From NCBI GenBank assembly GCA_000165425.1, contig CT868068.1:62001-126000 (forward strand): DNA of 64,000 nt, written 5' to 3'. The DNA is from Paramecium tetraurelia. Taxonomy: Eukaryota. Shown here piece by piece: positions 51,601 through 64,000 of the stretch. Under the pieces are notes generated by a model, which saw only the letters and a list, made by a program, of their open reading frames with translations, had not been told where the DNA came from and did no database searches. The stretch's first letter is position 1. Every line of letters starts with the position of its first letter. Made by a program: the position numbers and the translations under genes.

Positions 51601-52433
51601 ATGTATAATACTTCCTTCTATTTTGCTTCTCCTTAACCATCCTATATTCAATCCTCTTATGTTAGATATGCTCATCCACCAGTCAAAACCATCATTAAGC
51701 CATAAAATATCCAAATTCAACATTCTGTCAGATCTCCAATTCCATATTAACCATTATAATAACCATACTCGTATTCCTTCCATCTACATTAACCAGTTAC
51801 TCAATAGTTTTAGTCCAGGCAATCCAAGCCAGCTCCACAATCTATGTCCACTTATTAGGCAGCCCCATAATATTAATATTAACCTCAATATTCTCAACCT
51901 CCAATCCTATCATAATAGGAAGACGATCTCGAAAAGAAGTTCCAGGATGCAATCGATAGAACCAGGGATCTGGTACAGAAGTACAATTAACCATAACCAA
52001 AACAAGAAGAACAATAACTACAGGATCTGGCTCTGTAATATGAAGACGGATACATTTATAGAGGACAAGGTCATGATCCAGCAATAGAGTAGGCTTTGGG
52101 GTTTTGACTGACTAAAATGACAATGAAGTCTATAGTGGCAATTGGCAAGACAACCAATACCATGGGTAAGGAAAACTGATCAACTCATCGGCAGAAGAAA
52201 TCAATGGTCCTTTCGATTTTAGGGATCTCAATATCATAGAGAATGGATGGTTAAGTTACGAAGGAGAGTTCTTTTAAGGGAAGATGCAGAGGAATGGCAC
52301 TTTGTATCTTACTAATGGAGAACGCTATGAAGGGCAATTCAACGATGGTATGATTGAAGGGAAAGGAGTATTTGTAACTCAGGATGGATAATAAATTGAG
52401 GGAGAGTGGAGAGAAGGCATATTAGAACATTGA
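51601..52433 (+). CDS. MORN-repeat protein with P/Q/Y-rich N-terminus; apparent 1-nt frameshift near 52086
   Basis: YEDGYIYRGQG, then in the -1 frame VYSGNWQDNQYHGQG, YEGEFFQGKMQRNG and YEGQFNDGMIEGKG. Confidence 0.8.
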
Positions 52434-52564
52434 TTGTTATAGTAAGTATGTATTTAAATGATTGAGATTTTCTATTTTGTTATTAATTAAATGTAATGCA
52501 TCCTCACTATATTATTTAATAACTTAGTCTATGGTAATAGTAAATTTATATTGATATTTAATTT

Positions 52565-53834
52565 ATGATTCAAGAACAAGAACACACTGTCACCTTGGTG
52601 ATTAATCAATCTATAGAGATGGGTGAATTTGGAATATAAGAAGCCATTTAGCTATTCGAACTCTTCGGATTGCCATACTAGGAGTTGTTCAAATAGTATT
52701 TCCCTATACATCAGTTTCCCAAGAAATATGAAATTACATCTCAAACTCTAGGAAACTATCCTTTTGTGGATGTGCAATTGAGGGATCTGGATTTAATTCA
52801 CAAGGTTTTGAATCGATCCATCTTGCTTCATGATATCCTATACACCTTGAGTAGGGGCAATACATTAGAGGAATTAGCACAGAATCTATTACCACAAGCA
52901 TTGCAATATGTCTAAAATCCTAATCTCTCTTGTAAATGCGACATCATAACCTCCTATTTCAAGATATCTTAAGAGAGGAGAGTAGAATTGATCGAGTAAG
53001 TGTTTGGAGAGAAGGGATTCAAATCTCAAAATACTATTAATTTAACAGATCCAGACATTCTCTATTATGTGATCATCACTAAAGATCAAAAGTATATTGC
53101 TGGTTGTACCTTGACAAAGAAAAAGAAGAGAAGAGAGAAGAATTTTGCAAGAAACTATGAATTGCCAAATCGAATATATCTAGGTCCTGTGTCCTTGGCT
53201 CATGACTTAGCATTCTTGATGGCCAACCAAGCCATAGTCTAAGAGAATGATTTTGTATTCGATCCCTTTGCAGGAACAGGCAGTTCTTTAGTTGCTTGTT
53301 CTCATTTCGGAGCCATTTGTTTTGGCTCAGAAATAGATGGCAATGTAATTTATATTGACTATCTCTAAGCTCATGAAAGGACATTGCATAGGCTATCTCA
53401 ATAAGAAGAGCACATATCTCAAAGATCCCAACTTTAAACAAGTCAAACCATTCATTCACCTGAACTTTAATCAATACAATCTTCCCATTCCCAATTTGAT
53501 ATAGGCAGATGTCCATTTGCCCAATTTCAATCCGAGGATAGATTCATTCTTTGATGCCATCATTTGCGATCCTCCTTATGGAATTAGAGCTTCAATTTAA
53601 TAGGAAGGAAATGAGTAGGATCTTTAAGCTAATCGAACTGCCATTTATAGGAGAATGTTTGAAGTGGCCAGAAGAGTATTAAGAAAGGGAGGAAGATTAG
53701 TTTATCTGTACCCCTTATTCAAGGGAATGGAAAAGAAAGTAGAGAAAGAAGAAGGATTTGAACTAATTGATTTTCGAGAGTAAAAGATGGTAGAAAAAAG
53801 AAGCAGATTATTAGTTACAATGTAGAAATTGTGA
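52565..53834 (+). CDS. TRMT11: tRNA (guanine-10-N2)-methyltransferase
   Basis: YELPNRIYLGPVSL, LAFLMANQA, FDPFAGTGS and FDAIICDPPYGIRA; one short intron. Start tentative. Confidence 0.9.
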
Positions 53835-53867
53835 ATAAAATTATAATATATAAATATCAATTACTCA

Positions 53868-55609
53868 TCAAATTAAATTGCTCATTACAGCAAAATTGAA
53901 TAAATACACCCCAAAGATTCTTATGAATAGATTTTCATAAAACTTCATTTTATTTCCTCCCAAAAGTTTTATATTATCATAATTCTTAGACTTATTCAAT
54001 TTATACCCTATATATTCAGGTATCAACAGAAAAACCCATACAATTATTGGCATATAATTAGATTTATCATATCCATCCCAGATATTAGTTTCAAATTTTC
54101 CATTCAATAAATAAGTTTTATCAAAAATCCAATAAGTAAAAGTTCTTCCAGAAAAGATAAACATATAGAAGTAAACAATCCAGAATAAATGTTCCCAACA
54201 TGCCCCATTCTTTCCTTTTCTGGTTAGATTTGTCTCTTCCATTGATACATAAGGCTTTAAACTATCAGGTGTTGCATAATAGATCACTCGTCTCAAAAAT
54301 ACAGTAAACACTATTGATATATTATTGATTCTGAACATTATCAAGAAAAACAAGCAAAACCAAAAGTCGAATCTTGTCATGTCTCCTTAGATCAATGTTC
54401 CAACTCTTGTACCTATTATTAACAATTATCCTTAATAAATATATAGTTCACTGAATTTGGTGAATGAAAGGGATAGATCCATAAAGAATTCCATACCCAA
54501 ATCTAAAAATGCATAAAGGAACATGTAATATTCATGCCAAGCAACAGAATTCTTCTCTTTGAAAGATTACTTTATATATGGAAATAGTTTAAAGCAAGCC
54601 ATTAGTAATCCAATTATTGTGATATCATATAAAAAGTAACTCAATCCTTTAGAAAGATAACTTGGCCATGTCTTCATTCTAAATGTGTTGAAAAATACAA
54701 CAAACCCAAGTATGTAAACATAAATTATAAATAACCAATCTTCATTGAATCCAACCCAAAATATCATTATGAAATCTGTTGACACTGCCATTATTATTAA
54801 AACAAAATATTCCATCAAAGGTCTGCCATTCTTTGTCTATATTAACTTATTTCCTAATACCAATTTGTAGAGTATATGACCTTTGCAAAATACAATCCCT
54901 AATTTAAAAAGCTGTTTATTATTAATGATAATCTTACAATCTATTATTTGAAAAAGGACCATAATCTAACCCAATAGCTAGAACAATCAATCCCGTCAAT
55001 AAAACAAAACTCTCCAATCTCATTCTACACTACTAAAATCAAAACCTCTATTACAAATGCTATCAAAATAGGAATAACTGTTTCTCTTGCTAATTATTTT
55101 ATTACATTCTTGTTATCCATAAATATCAAACTCATTTGATCTCCAATTCTATCATAATAGAATGCATTTATTTTACGGAACCCTGCTCCCTTGTTATTTT
55201 AAGTCATATTTGATATCATAGATTAACTTAAACTATGTTGGCTTATGGGAATAAGCTTCCTATTTGCCGATTTATAAGTCTATAGGTTGTTCCTTTGATT
55301 TGAAGGCATTTACACAAAATTTAAATTTAAAGGCTTCTCCTCTTACACTTCGGTGTTTAATTATTCCACTTAAACTACTTCTTTCCTGGCCTCAATAGAA
55401 ACGACTTCCTGTTCGGATGCTAAGTATTTCTAGCTCTTCTGAAAGTTCTACGATTTCTAATTAAATTCATCCTAATTAAATTCAGATTCAAGATCTCCCT
55501 CTGAATTTATTGTTTAATCTTATTATTCCTTTACCTTTATTGATTCTTGCTATTGTTGTTTAGCACTCTAAAATTTTCCACTTGAAGAAGATGCATTAGA
55601 CAAATACAT
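53868..55609 (-). CDS. Polytopic membrane protein with hydrophilic N-terminus
   Basis: Hydrophilic Q/E-rich start, then many hydrophobic segments; includes ORF-track pieces 53868-54380 and 54567-54818. Confidence 0.75.
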
Positions 55610-55845
55610 TGCTCTTCTAATTTAAAAATTAATAAATATCACATTATTATTCAAACTATTATCCAAATGATTGTTCTTTCCCTCATAATTAGAAATCATA
55701 TTACTCAAAATAATAAACAAGTATCAATAATTAATATTGTGAAGCCCCCCATAAAAAAAAGATACAATTATAAAATCTAATTCAAATTATAATGGAAATT
55801 AATTAGTTATTATCATATTTATAAAATTTCACTCTCCGTGTTATC

Positions 55846-56070
55846 ATGGGCTGTGCAAACACTAAGAACTCTTATTAACATCCTTAACAATCATACCCTT
55901 TAAAAAAGAAGTGCAATCCTCAAGACAAGAAAATTACAGAAAATCAGACGTTTTAAATCGTTAAAAACCCTATTTTTCAAAGAAGAAAGGATTCTGACAG
56001 AAAAAGTAGGTTTAATCTCGAACAGAATCAAATATTAGAACATCAAAATATTAAATTATTATCATTGTGA
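55846..56070 (+). CDS. Small basic protein (74 aa) with an MGC N-terminal acylation motif
   Basis: ORF MGCANTKNSY...KNPIFQRRK...LLSL-TGA. Confidence 0.6.
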
Positions 56071-57483
56071 ATTATTCTTTGATATTTTATTTTTTCATTT
56101 ACTATTTCAATGTAGAAATCAAAAATTCCCCCTCTCATTTCTTGGATACAATATACAGATTCCAATCGATATTTAATTAATTCAAGTATAAAGGTCATTA
56201 TTTGATATTGGAATTTATAAAAAGCTATTGAATTCATGTCATCCTTTGGAATCAATTAAATACAATTTATATACTTTTTAATTATTAATTTTGATGTATT
56301 AAATATCAATTAAATTTTTTAAAGGATTTTTACTTTTGTTGACTCTTATAATGATTAAGTTTAACAAAACTCAGTTTAATAGTTGATAATAATAACTTAT
56401 GTGTTTGTAACATAAAATAAAAAAATACAATTAAATAAATTTTTTCAATTAGAAATATCCAAATTTAAGTAATTGAGATCACTGATCATTAATTATCTAA
56501 AACTTCAATCTCTGAGTAAAATGTAAAAATAACTGAGTTACTTTAGTTCTCCTTATTATGTATTATCTGTATATTGTCTATTAAATTAGACTAATGATGA
56601 CTCAATTATTGTTAATTGATAGTTTTTTTCAAGTTATATAACATCACATTTTTGGAATTTATTAAATTGATTAACCTTGAATTTATTAGTTTCCGATTTA
56701 TACTAAAAAGTGTAAACAATCTTTTTAAATGATTCAAAAGTCCTAGAATTACCAATGATTGCATTTAGAAAATAGAACTTAAAATTCTCTTAATTTATTT
56801 TAGATTTAGTATATATTTAAAGCAAAATTAATAATAGATTTACAAACTAAATTAAATCAACTTTCAAAAGATGTTTCTAAAAATTGACTTTTATGCTTCT
56901 GTATAAGATCAACTTCATAACTATCTACATCAAATAAATATTTGAAATTTACTCCTTTTTGAGTAATTAAGAATGTACTAACACAAACAGCGACTCTGAA
57001 TTTAGCATTTAAGATTATTTTGATGCTAAACTTAATTTCTAATAGAATCTAAATGTTCTTGGCAAAATGTCTTCAGTGATCAATCCAAAGAATGACCCAA
57101 AATACTTCATTCTTGACTAATTTCTTTTGAAGATCATAATATTTCTTTAATTCATGATCATCCATTTCTTTTTCTAAGGCTCTCATAATTTCGCGCTTTG
57201 TAGTTATTAGTGTATTATGAAGATGAAAAACACTTAATAAAATGGAATCTATAATTATAAATATCCCTTATATAATTAGAATGATACATAATTCGTCATA
57301 GTATACCCGCAATATTTAATAGTAGCTTATTAGCTATAGGTTGGTTTCTATTTTGTAATCAAAATTTGTCTAAAAAGTACTAATGTTTTGACATATTTCA
57401 TTTTGTCTTTCATTTATTTACTCTTTACTCTTTTCTCCTCTTTTGTTAATTCATTTATATAAATAAATAATAATAATAGCAAT

Positions 57484-58104
57484 TCATCTTGGAGCACCAA
57501 ATGCTTCAGGCATTCTTTCTATAGTATATTTGTGATTCTAGATGAACATTATAGGAACACCAGGTATTTTACGGATTCTGCGTTTTAAATCCTTATCACA
57601 CGTGGCTACTATGAAACATCTATGCTGTTTCACTCGATTCACTAAACAATCATCAGCATAAGTGCCCTTATGATCACAAGTCAACTTCTCAAAACGAGGA
57701 TCCTTGGATAATCTCAAAGCCAATCTTGTCTTTTATCCCAATTTCTCTAATTCAGCAATCACGCAATCAGAAATATATGGGATGCATTTCCCGAGAAGAC
57801 AATCCATTGTGTTTTTAAAAATGTCTAGTTTGTTTGAAATGCTGAAATTTAAAAAGTTTGTATCAAGTAAAATTCTGTAGGGAGGTCCAAGGGCTGGATT
57901 ATGTTTAAAGAATAAGTGACTTGGCTCTTATGGTCTTTGGTATATGAATATTAAAAAATACAATTCTTTTATTTCCACATCATTAACACCTTTCTTCTTC
58001 TCTTCCTTTGGCTGCTCTAGATGTCGTTTTTAACATCTTGGGTCCTTTTTTGTAATCATGCGCTTGATTGTTGCAAATTTCTTTGTTTTATGCGCTTTAC
58101 CCAT
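57484..58104 (-). CDS. FCF1: rRNA-processing PIN-domain protein Fcf1/Utp24
   Basis: [37 protein letters not shown] and [19 protein letters not shown]; one short intron. Confidence 0.97.
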
Positions 58105-58197
58105 ATGTTAAAATTAAAATAAGAACTTTTGATATAGAATTTGAACAATTATCTTCGATACTTTAAATTAAAGAAGGAGAACAGAATTAATATAGCC

Positions 58198-58688
58198 TCA
58201 TTTATAATAATGTTCCTTTAATTCTTATACCTGAATCTTTTTAATCATGTCTATCTATTTCTTAAGAAAAGTCTGTTTTTGCTTGTTCTTCACATTGTAA
58301 GGTGACTAAAGCAATTGAATAAGTTTCTTAGTTTGAATCATTTTAACATTTACGGGACTACTCTATTGCTTTTGATTTGGTGATTTCCTTTGCACCTGAG
58401 TACGTCCACATTTTGGACTTCCTGGCCGACTTGAAGATGCCTTCACGAATGTGAAACCTTTCTTAAAATCTGGAAGTGTATCTCTGCTAGGCTTTTAAGT
58501 CTCCTAATTAATCTAATTGAGATTGTTACTTAAGTAGAACCTGACATTAGCAGTGAAACTTTCTTCTTTTTATTCTCTCCATAAAATTACAAACTTAATT
58601 CCTTATAAAATTCATCAATATCATCATTATTATTATCATCCATTTATGGATCGTAGGAATGGAGAGACAAATGTTCGTCATCTGACAT
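58198..58688 (-). CDS. Hypothetical protein
   Basis: Starts MSDDEHLSLHSYD; coding-like frame to TGA at 58198. Confidence 0.6.
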
Positions 58689-59555
58689 TTTTCTTATAAA
58701 AATTAATCAAATAACACTATTCTTAATTAAACTCCACAAAACACTCTAAAAAAGCAGCTTCAACCTATAACAATTATCTCAACATATATATAGAAAGAAC
58801 ATTTGATGAAATACAACTTTCCTTTCCAAAGTTTTTCTAACTGCGATAATTTCTTTAAATTCACTTATTTTCTTAGTCTAAAATGCGAATACTCTGTATT
58901 AAGTAATTAGAATATTAAGATTATTCAATAATCCTTCTAGATAGAAATTCAATTAATCTGCTTATTTTATTCTACATTAGTGATTTTTATCATCAAAGTT
59001 ATATGATTAACTAAAATACGTATAATTATATGGGGTAAATCGCTCATTTCAAGTATCAAATTATGACTACTTCCTCGAGAATAGCATGATTATTATTTTG
59101 TACCTTAATTTGAATTAATTTAATGTTAGATTTTATAAAAGGCGATTACCTAAATTGAAACAGCTAATCTGCTTTTCCAATTAAATAAGAATAGAATTCA
59201 CTTAAAAAACTTTGGGAATTTTAAATATGATGTGGATAATATCATAATATTAAGGAAATAATAATATGTAAAAATAAAATAATTTAAATTTGTTATTTTC
59301 AAACATTAAGCAACTTCTTTTACGCGGATGGTTAAATGAGAGTATACTTAAATTCACTTTATCTTTATCTTCTGCTGATTCTTCTACAATGTTTTTAAAG
59401 TTTATTATAATCAATTATTACTTCAGAATAATTAAAACTTGGAAAGTAATGCTAAAATTCGCAAATTTTATCAAAATATAGTAAATTATTATTTTAGCTA
59501 ATAAAAGTACCAGGATTACGTTAAATATGGGTTGGAGATTTTTATGACTTATCTC

Positions 59556-61958
59556 TCACATATTTGTTCGATCTTAATTATATATCCTTTATAGAGGTCT
59601 ATATTTGAAAAGACTGTAAGTTCTATTGGGATGTTCTAGTTTCATGTTATTTCTGTTGTTATATTTTTACTTAAGAGGGTAAGATTAGAGTATCTTGTTA
59701 TTATTATTGTAATTAATTAACACTTAGGCAAATTTCTTAGGAAGGTGAGTCTAAACTCTAAATTTACTCCTGAGTAATTGATTGGTGCCGCGTTCCATCT
59801 TATTCAAAGGATGCATAACTACCATTTTTGTCTTCTACAAAATTAGTTGAGTAATATAGTTTCTGTTGAATTTATACATCCTTAAATTGAATCTAGATTA
59901 TACCTTTATGCTCTTAAGCGAATTTATTTTATGGCATGTTCTTATGATTCTCTTTCTATGTATATTTTTTGTTCTATTATATTTCAGAATTAACTTGTCA
60001 ATATCTGGTTTGTAAATTAGATATGAGCAATCAAAAATTTAGTGACTTTCAGAATTGCATGCACAACAATTAAATCCCTCTACCGATATATTTTACAATT
60101 GTTTATCCTTGATCTAATGAAACCTTTCATAATCCTATTTATCTAGACTGTTAATGAAATCCTATCTGTTTATCTTATAAATTTTTGTAAACCCAACACT
60201 TACTGCAGTGAATTTTCTAGATTATTATGTAAAAAATTCATTCTCTCCAAATTGTTGTCCAGGATTTAAAATTGTTAATTGAGTTTATGATTTCATTTCA
60301 ACTAATTTAATTTGACCATAATCAATAAAATACAATGAAATATCTGAACAACTATCTTAAGAATATATAATTTCATTTGGACAATATTTATATGGTTTTA
60401 TCTTCTTTGATATTTCCTTTAAAGTTTATTCTGAGAAATTATTAAGTAGAAGCTTACAATTTTATATTATATGTTTAAATACCATATACATTAATTCATT
60501 TTTTAATTCTACAGATAATTAGTCTTTTATCTATCCGATCTATTAATTAATTATATAAATACTAATTCATGTTTTTGTTCTAAAGATTCCTTTTACATAT
60601 ATTAAAGATAGCTTCTGACTCTGTCTTATAATTAATATGGAATATGATGTTATTTCATATATTTTGTAATTGCATGTAAATTGAAACTAAAGAAATAATA
60701 AAATAATACATAAATTAAGATTTTTAATCATTTATAGTAGACAAAATTGATCCTATTTTATTTATTGAAAATGCAAACACACCACAGGCCATAAACATCA
60801 ATATTATACAAATTGTGGTTTCAATGTAGTTTTATGGAGTAATATCGCCATATCCTACAGTAATCATAGTAACTGTTGCCCAATAATATGAATAACAATA
60901 TTTAATTAAGATTGATTCTTAATCAATACCCTTATAAATAAGCCAACTAGTATTTAAAGTTTCTGCACTGTTTGATCCTACAAAATGCCAGATGCATGCT
61001 AATAAATGAGCAAATAAGCTGATTGAAAATAATAAGGTTACTAGATTGAGATATTCTCTATAGATTTAATTGATATGAGTTTATTGTTGCAATTTACCTA
61101 TCTGTTCACTTAATTTTACATAACTTACAAGACAACATAAGAATAAAAAGATAGTTGCAGTAATAATATCGTTATAATCTTTGCTGTCTGGTATAGAGGT
61201 ATTTAGCACAATGACTGAAAAAATAAGTAAGAAGTCAAGTATTAAATCATCCTTAAAATAATATTTCAAAATTGAAAATCGATCATTTATTATCTATTTT
61301 TTCTTTAAATAAAATTAATTACATTTCCTTAAATTGTGATTTGTGTATTTAATCTCAGCAAAATATCCAAAGAAAAGTAAATTAGAGTATATAGAATAAT
61401 AAATGAGAAACTTTCCTCTCTACCCATTTCAAAGCTCCATATAAAAGGATAAATCCATAAAATAGATATAAGAGATAAAGACCTTATGAACTCCCAAGAT
61501 GTTATCAAAGCGCTACTTTGATCAAATACTGAAATTTGAAAATTTTTTGTAGACATATATTCTCCCTACATAGCAGGCTTCCTTAAAATTTATATTCACT
61601 CATACTTTTGTAAATATTTTTCAATGAGAAATTTTTCAGTAACTTTCTTAGTTTCATTGTTGTAAATATAGGCTTTCTTCATTATTCTCTCTTTAAATAC
61701 TTAAACCAATTTGTCCACCTTTAATAATCCAAATAATTTCTGAGTGGTTTTCTTTTTGCTTGCCATATTTTTTCCCTCTATTATTTGAGGATGAGAAAAG
61801 TTTTAAAAAGAAACAGACATATCTAGAATATCTGATTTTTCATTTTAATTTACATCTATTTAATTTGTAATGGGTGAATGACGAAATGGGCGGAAATCCT
61901 CATTCTCAATGTAGGATTAGCAGTTCTTTTAATAGTCCGATTCATCAATTTTATTCAT
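59556..61958 (-). CDS. Cyclic-nucleotide-binding-domain K+ channel (EAG/KCNH-like)
   Basis: HLLACIWHFVG, pore YWATVTMITVGYGDITP, C-linker and cNMP domain LYFIDYG...LNPGQQFGE; short introns. Stop position approximate. Confidence 0.9.
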
Positions 61959-62669
61959 AATAAATAAATAATAATTCAACTAAGATTTAAATCATCCTCT
62001 AATTAAGACATATTTTTTAGATTTATTATAATATAATATTCAAGATTGTTATTTTATTGAAAAATATAGAAACGAATTTTAATTGTGTAAATTTATTACT
62101 AGACTTTATAACTAATAGCAATTAATATTAAATTCTACACCAATCTAGAAAATTTAATTTGTTTGGCGATTGAGAAAATTATATATATTTTTGGCAATTC
62201 TTTTTTGATATTTTTTATGTCTTAATTCAAATTACATAAAACCTATAAAAATATTCATATCTATTTGTTAAAATGTTGATAGTTTTTAGTTGACTCTAGC
62301 TGGCTTCTTCATATATGAAATGATTTCGTATTTCATAATAGTGCAATTATATAAACTTAAATAATTATAAATTAGGTTTAATATTTTTTCTTAATAATTA
62401 ATTTTCAAGTTTGATGATTTTCTCTTGAAAGAAAAAACTTAGCAATCAAATTCTATAAACGAAATTATTAAATTGTTACTTAAATTTAGATATGGTTTAG
62501 GTAATGAAAAGCAATAATATCATCGAGATCCATCATAAAGTATATTAACATATAAAATTATAAAATGATATCAAGTTTAAGTTGATATATATTAAAGATA
62601 AAATTTTATAATGCTTTTTTGAAATGAAAAAGGAATGTCTATTACATATTTATCTATTCAATATATTAA

Positions 62670-62978
62670 ATGGAAACTAAATAATAATTTATATTTTCAG
62701 ATAGAATCAAATTATTGTAATAGTTGGGACCTGAACCAGAAAGAGAAGATATTTAAAAGCTAGCCACAATGTACAAAATACCAGAAGGGAAACTTTAGAA
62801 ATGGCTTAATCAGTATGATAAATATGTGCTGCCTTAGAGGAAAGAAACTATAGATTCTGATGATGAATAAATAAACAAATTAATATAAGAACAAAGATAA
62901 TTATGCTAAGAACTATCAGCTTTGGTGGAATAAATTAATGAAATTCATAAAAAGAAATTCATATCTTATTATTAATGA
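62670..62978 (+). CDS. Small protein (102 aa) with a homeodomain-like HTH and a coiled coil
   Basis: Clean ORF; PEREDIQKLATMYKIPEGKLQKWLNQ followed by heptads INKLIQEQRQLCQELSALVEQINEI. Confidence 0.6.
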
Positions 62979-63280
62979 AAATGGAAAAAATAGATTATGA
63001 TTATGCAATATGCATTATTAGCATAGAACTTATTACAATTATAAATTAACATGAATATTAATAATGGTGGAAATTCTTTGTTCTGCAAAATAGATAGTTT
63101 TGTATATTTGTATAGAATATAATTTTATCAAATTTAAAAAATTCAGTATTTGGATTATAACTGTTTCTTTTGCCCCGCTAATCTTATTGTAATTTGAATG
63201 ATAATCTTATGCTAGAAGTCTAATTTTGAAAAATTGTGTATAATATAACAGTTTAATAATAATGAATATTAATTAATTAA

Positions 63281-64000
63281 TCAATTTAAAACTTCAAATT
63301 TGACTTATCCTTCTAAACATGACATGTAGACGTATTGTTTTTGTTTCATCAAAGATCCCTTTTTCTAAAATAAAATCAAAATAGCATCTCTTGTAAACAA
63401 TCTCAGACTCACTATATCATCAACAAAGTTTAAATTTAGTCCGACGATGCTATCTATTTGGAGACAGAACTCTTGCAATTTTCCTAATTTAGAATCATCT
63501 CTGCATTAATTATATAAACATGCCCAATTACCAACATTATCAATATTCTTGGTCAATTCATAGGCTGTTTATTCAACATATCCAAAATGAAGACAGCCAG
63601 ATAGAAATGAAAGAATGCGTATGCGTATTTCTATATTATCTTGAAAATACAACTCCTGTGAAACAATAGTAGTATTCTTTTGCATAGTGATAATTTTGCC
63701 TCCCTCTTCAAATTTGACTTTCGGTTTGCCTAATAAACTTCTCTTGGTTGTTTTATCTAGGAATTGGAGTGTTGGCATCAAAGGACTTATAGCGTCATCG
63801 AATTTAGAAATGGAAGTGTTTGTTAGATTGTTATTTTGTGCATAAGTGTTTGTAAAATTATCTATGTTTTCAAAACTATCTTTATTTAACAACAATTGTT
63901 AGGTTTCTCCTAATTAATCTATTTATGATAAGTTCAAAGTGATTGCTTATGGCATTGATTTAACATCTGTTGATTTCTATTCATTACTATCTTCTTATAA
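63281..64000 (-). CDS. Hypothetical protein, 5' end outside the window
   Basis: Open frame continuing through ORF-track 63569-63895 (TAA read as Gln) to TGA at 63281. Confidence 0.65.

Overview
AT-rich, gene-dense eukaryotic DNA from a ciliate macronuclear genome, most likely Paramecium. TAA/TAG read as Gln, TGA is the only stop, GT-AG introns are about 21-30 nt, and intergenic gaps are often under 60 nt. The supplied ORF track uses the wrong genetic code, so I re-translated by eye with the ciliate code; boundaries are manual and may be off by a few bases. About 40 genes are visible, including RPS5, TOP1 (interrupted by an N gap), NAA15, FCF1, USP5/13, TRMT11, DNAAF1, HemW/RSAD1, an Enhancer-of-zeste-like SET gene, three kinases and a cyclic-nucleotide-binding K+ channel. 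The most unusual part is a cluster of about 15 kb (1015-16055). It holds two tandem genes with an apparently dead OTU-like N-terminus plus 6-7 RING fingers, an EF-hand calpain, a RING-polyQ-RING-calpain fusion, a degenerate macrodomain gene and two tandem Ulp1-type proteases. No rRNA, tRNA, CRISPR array, telomeric repeat or intact transposon was recognised.
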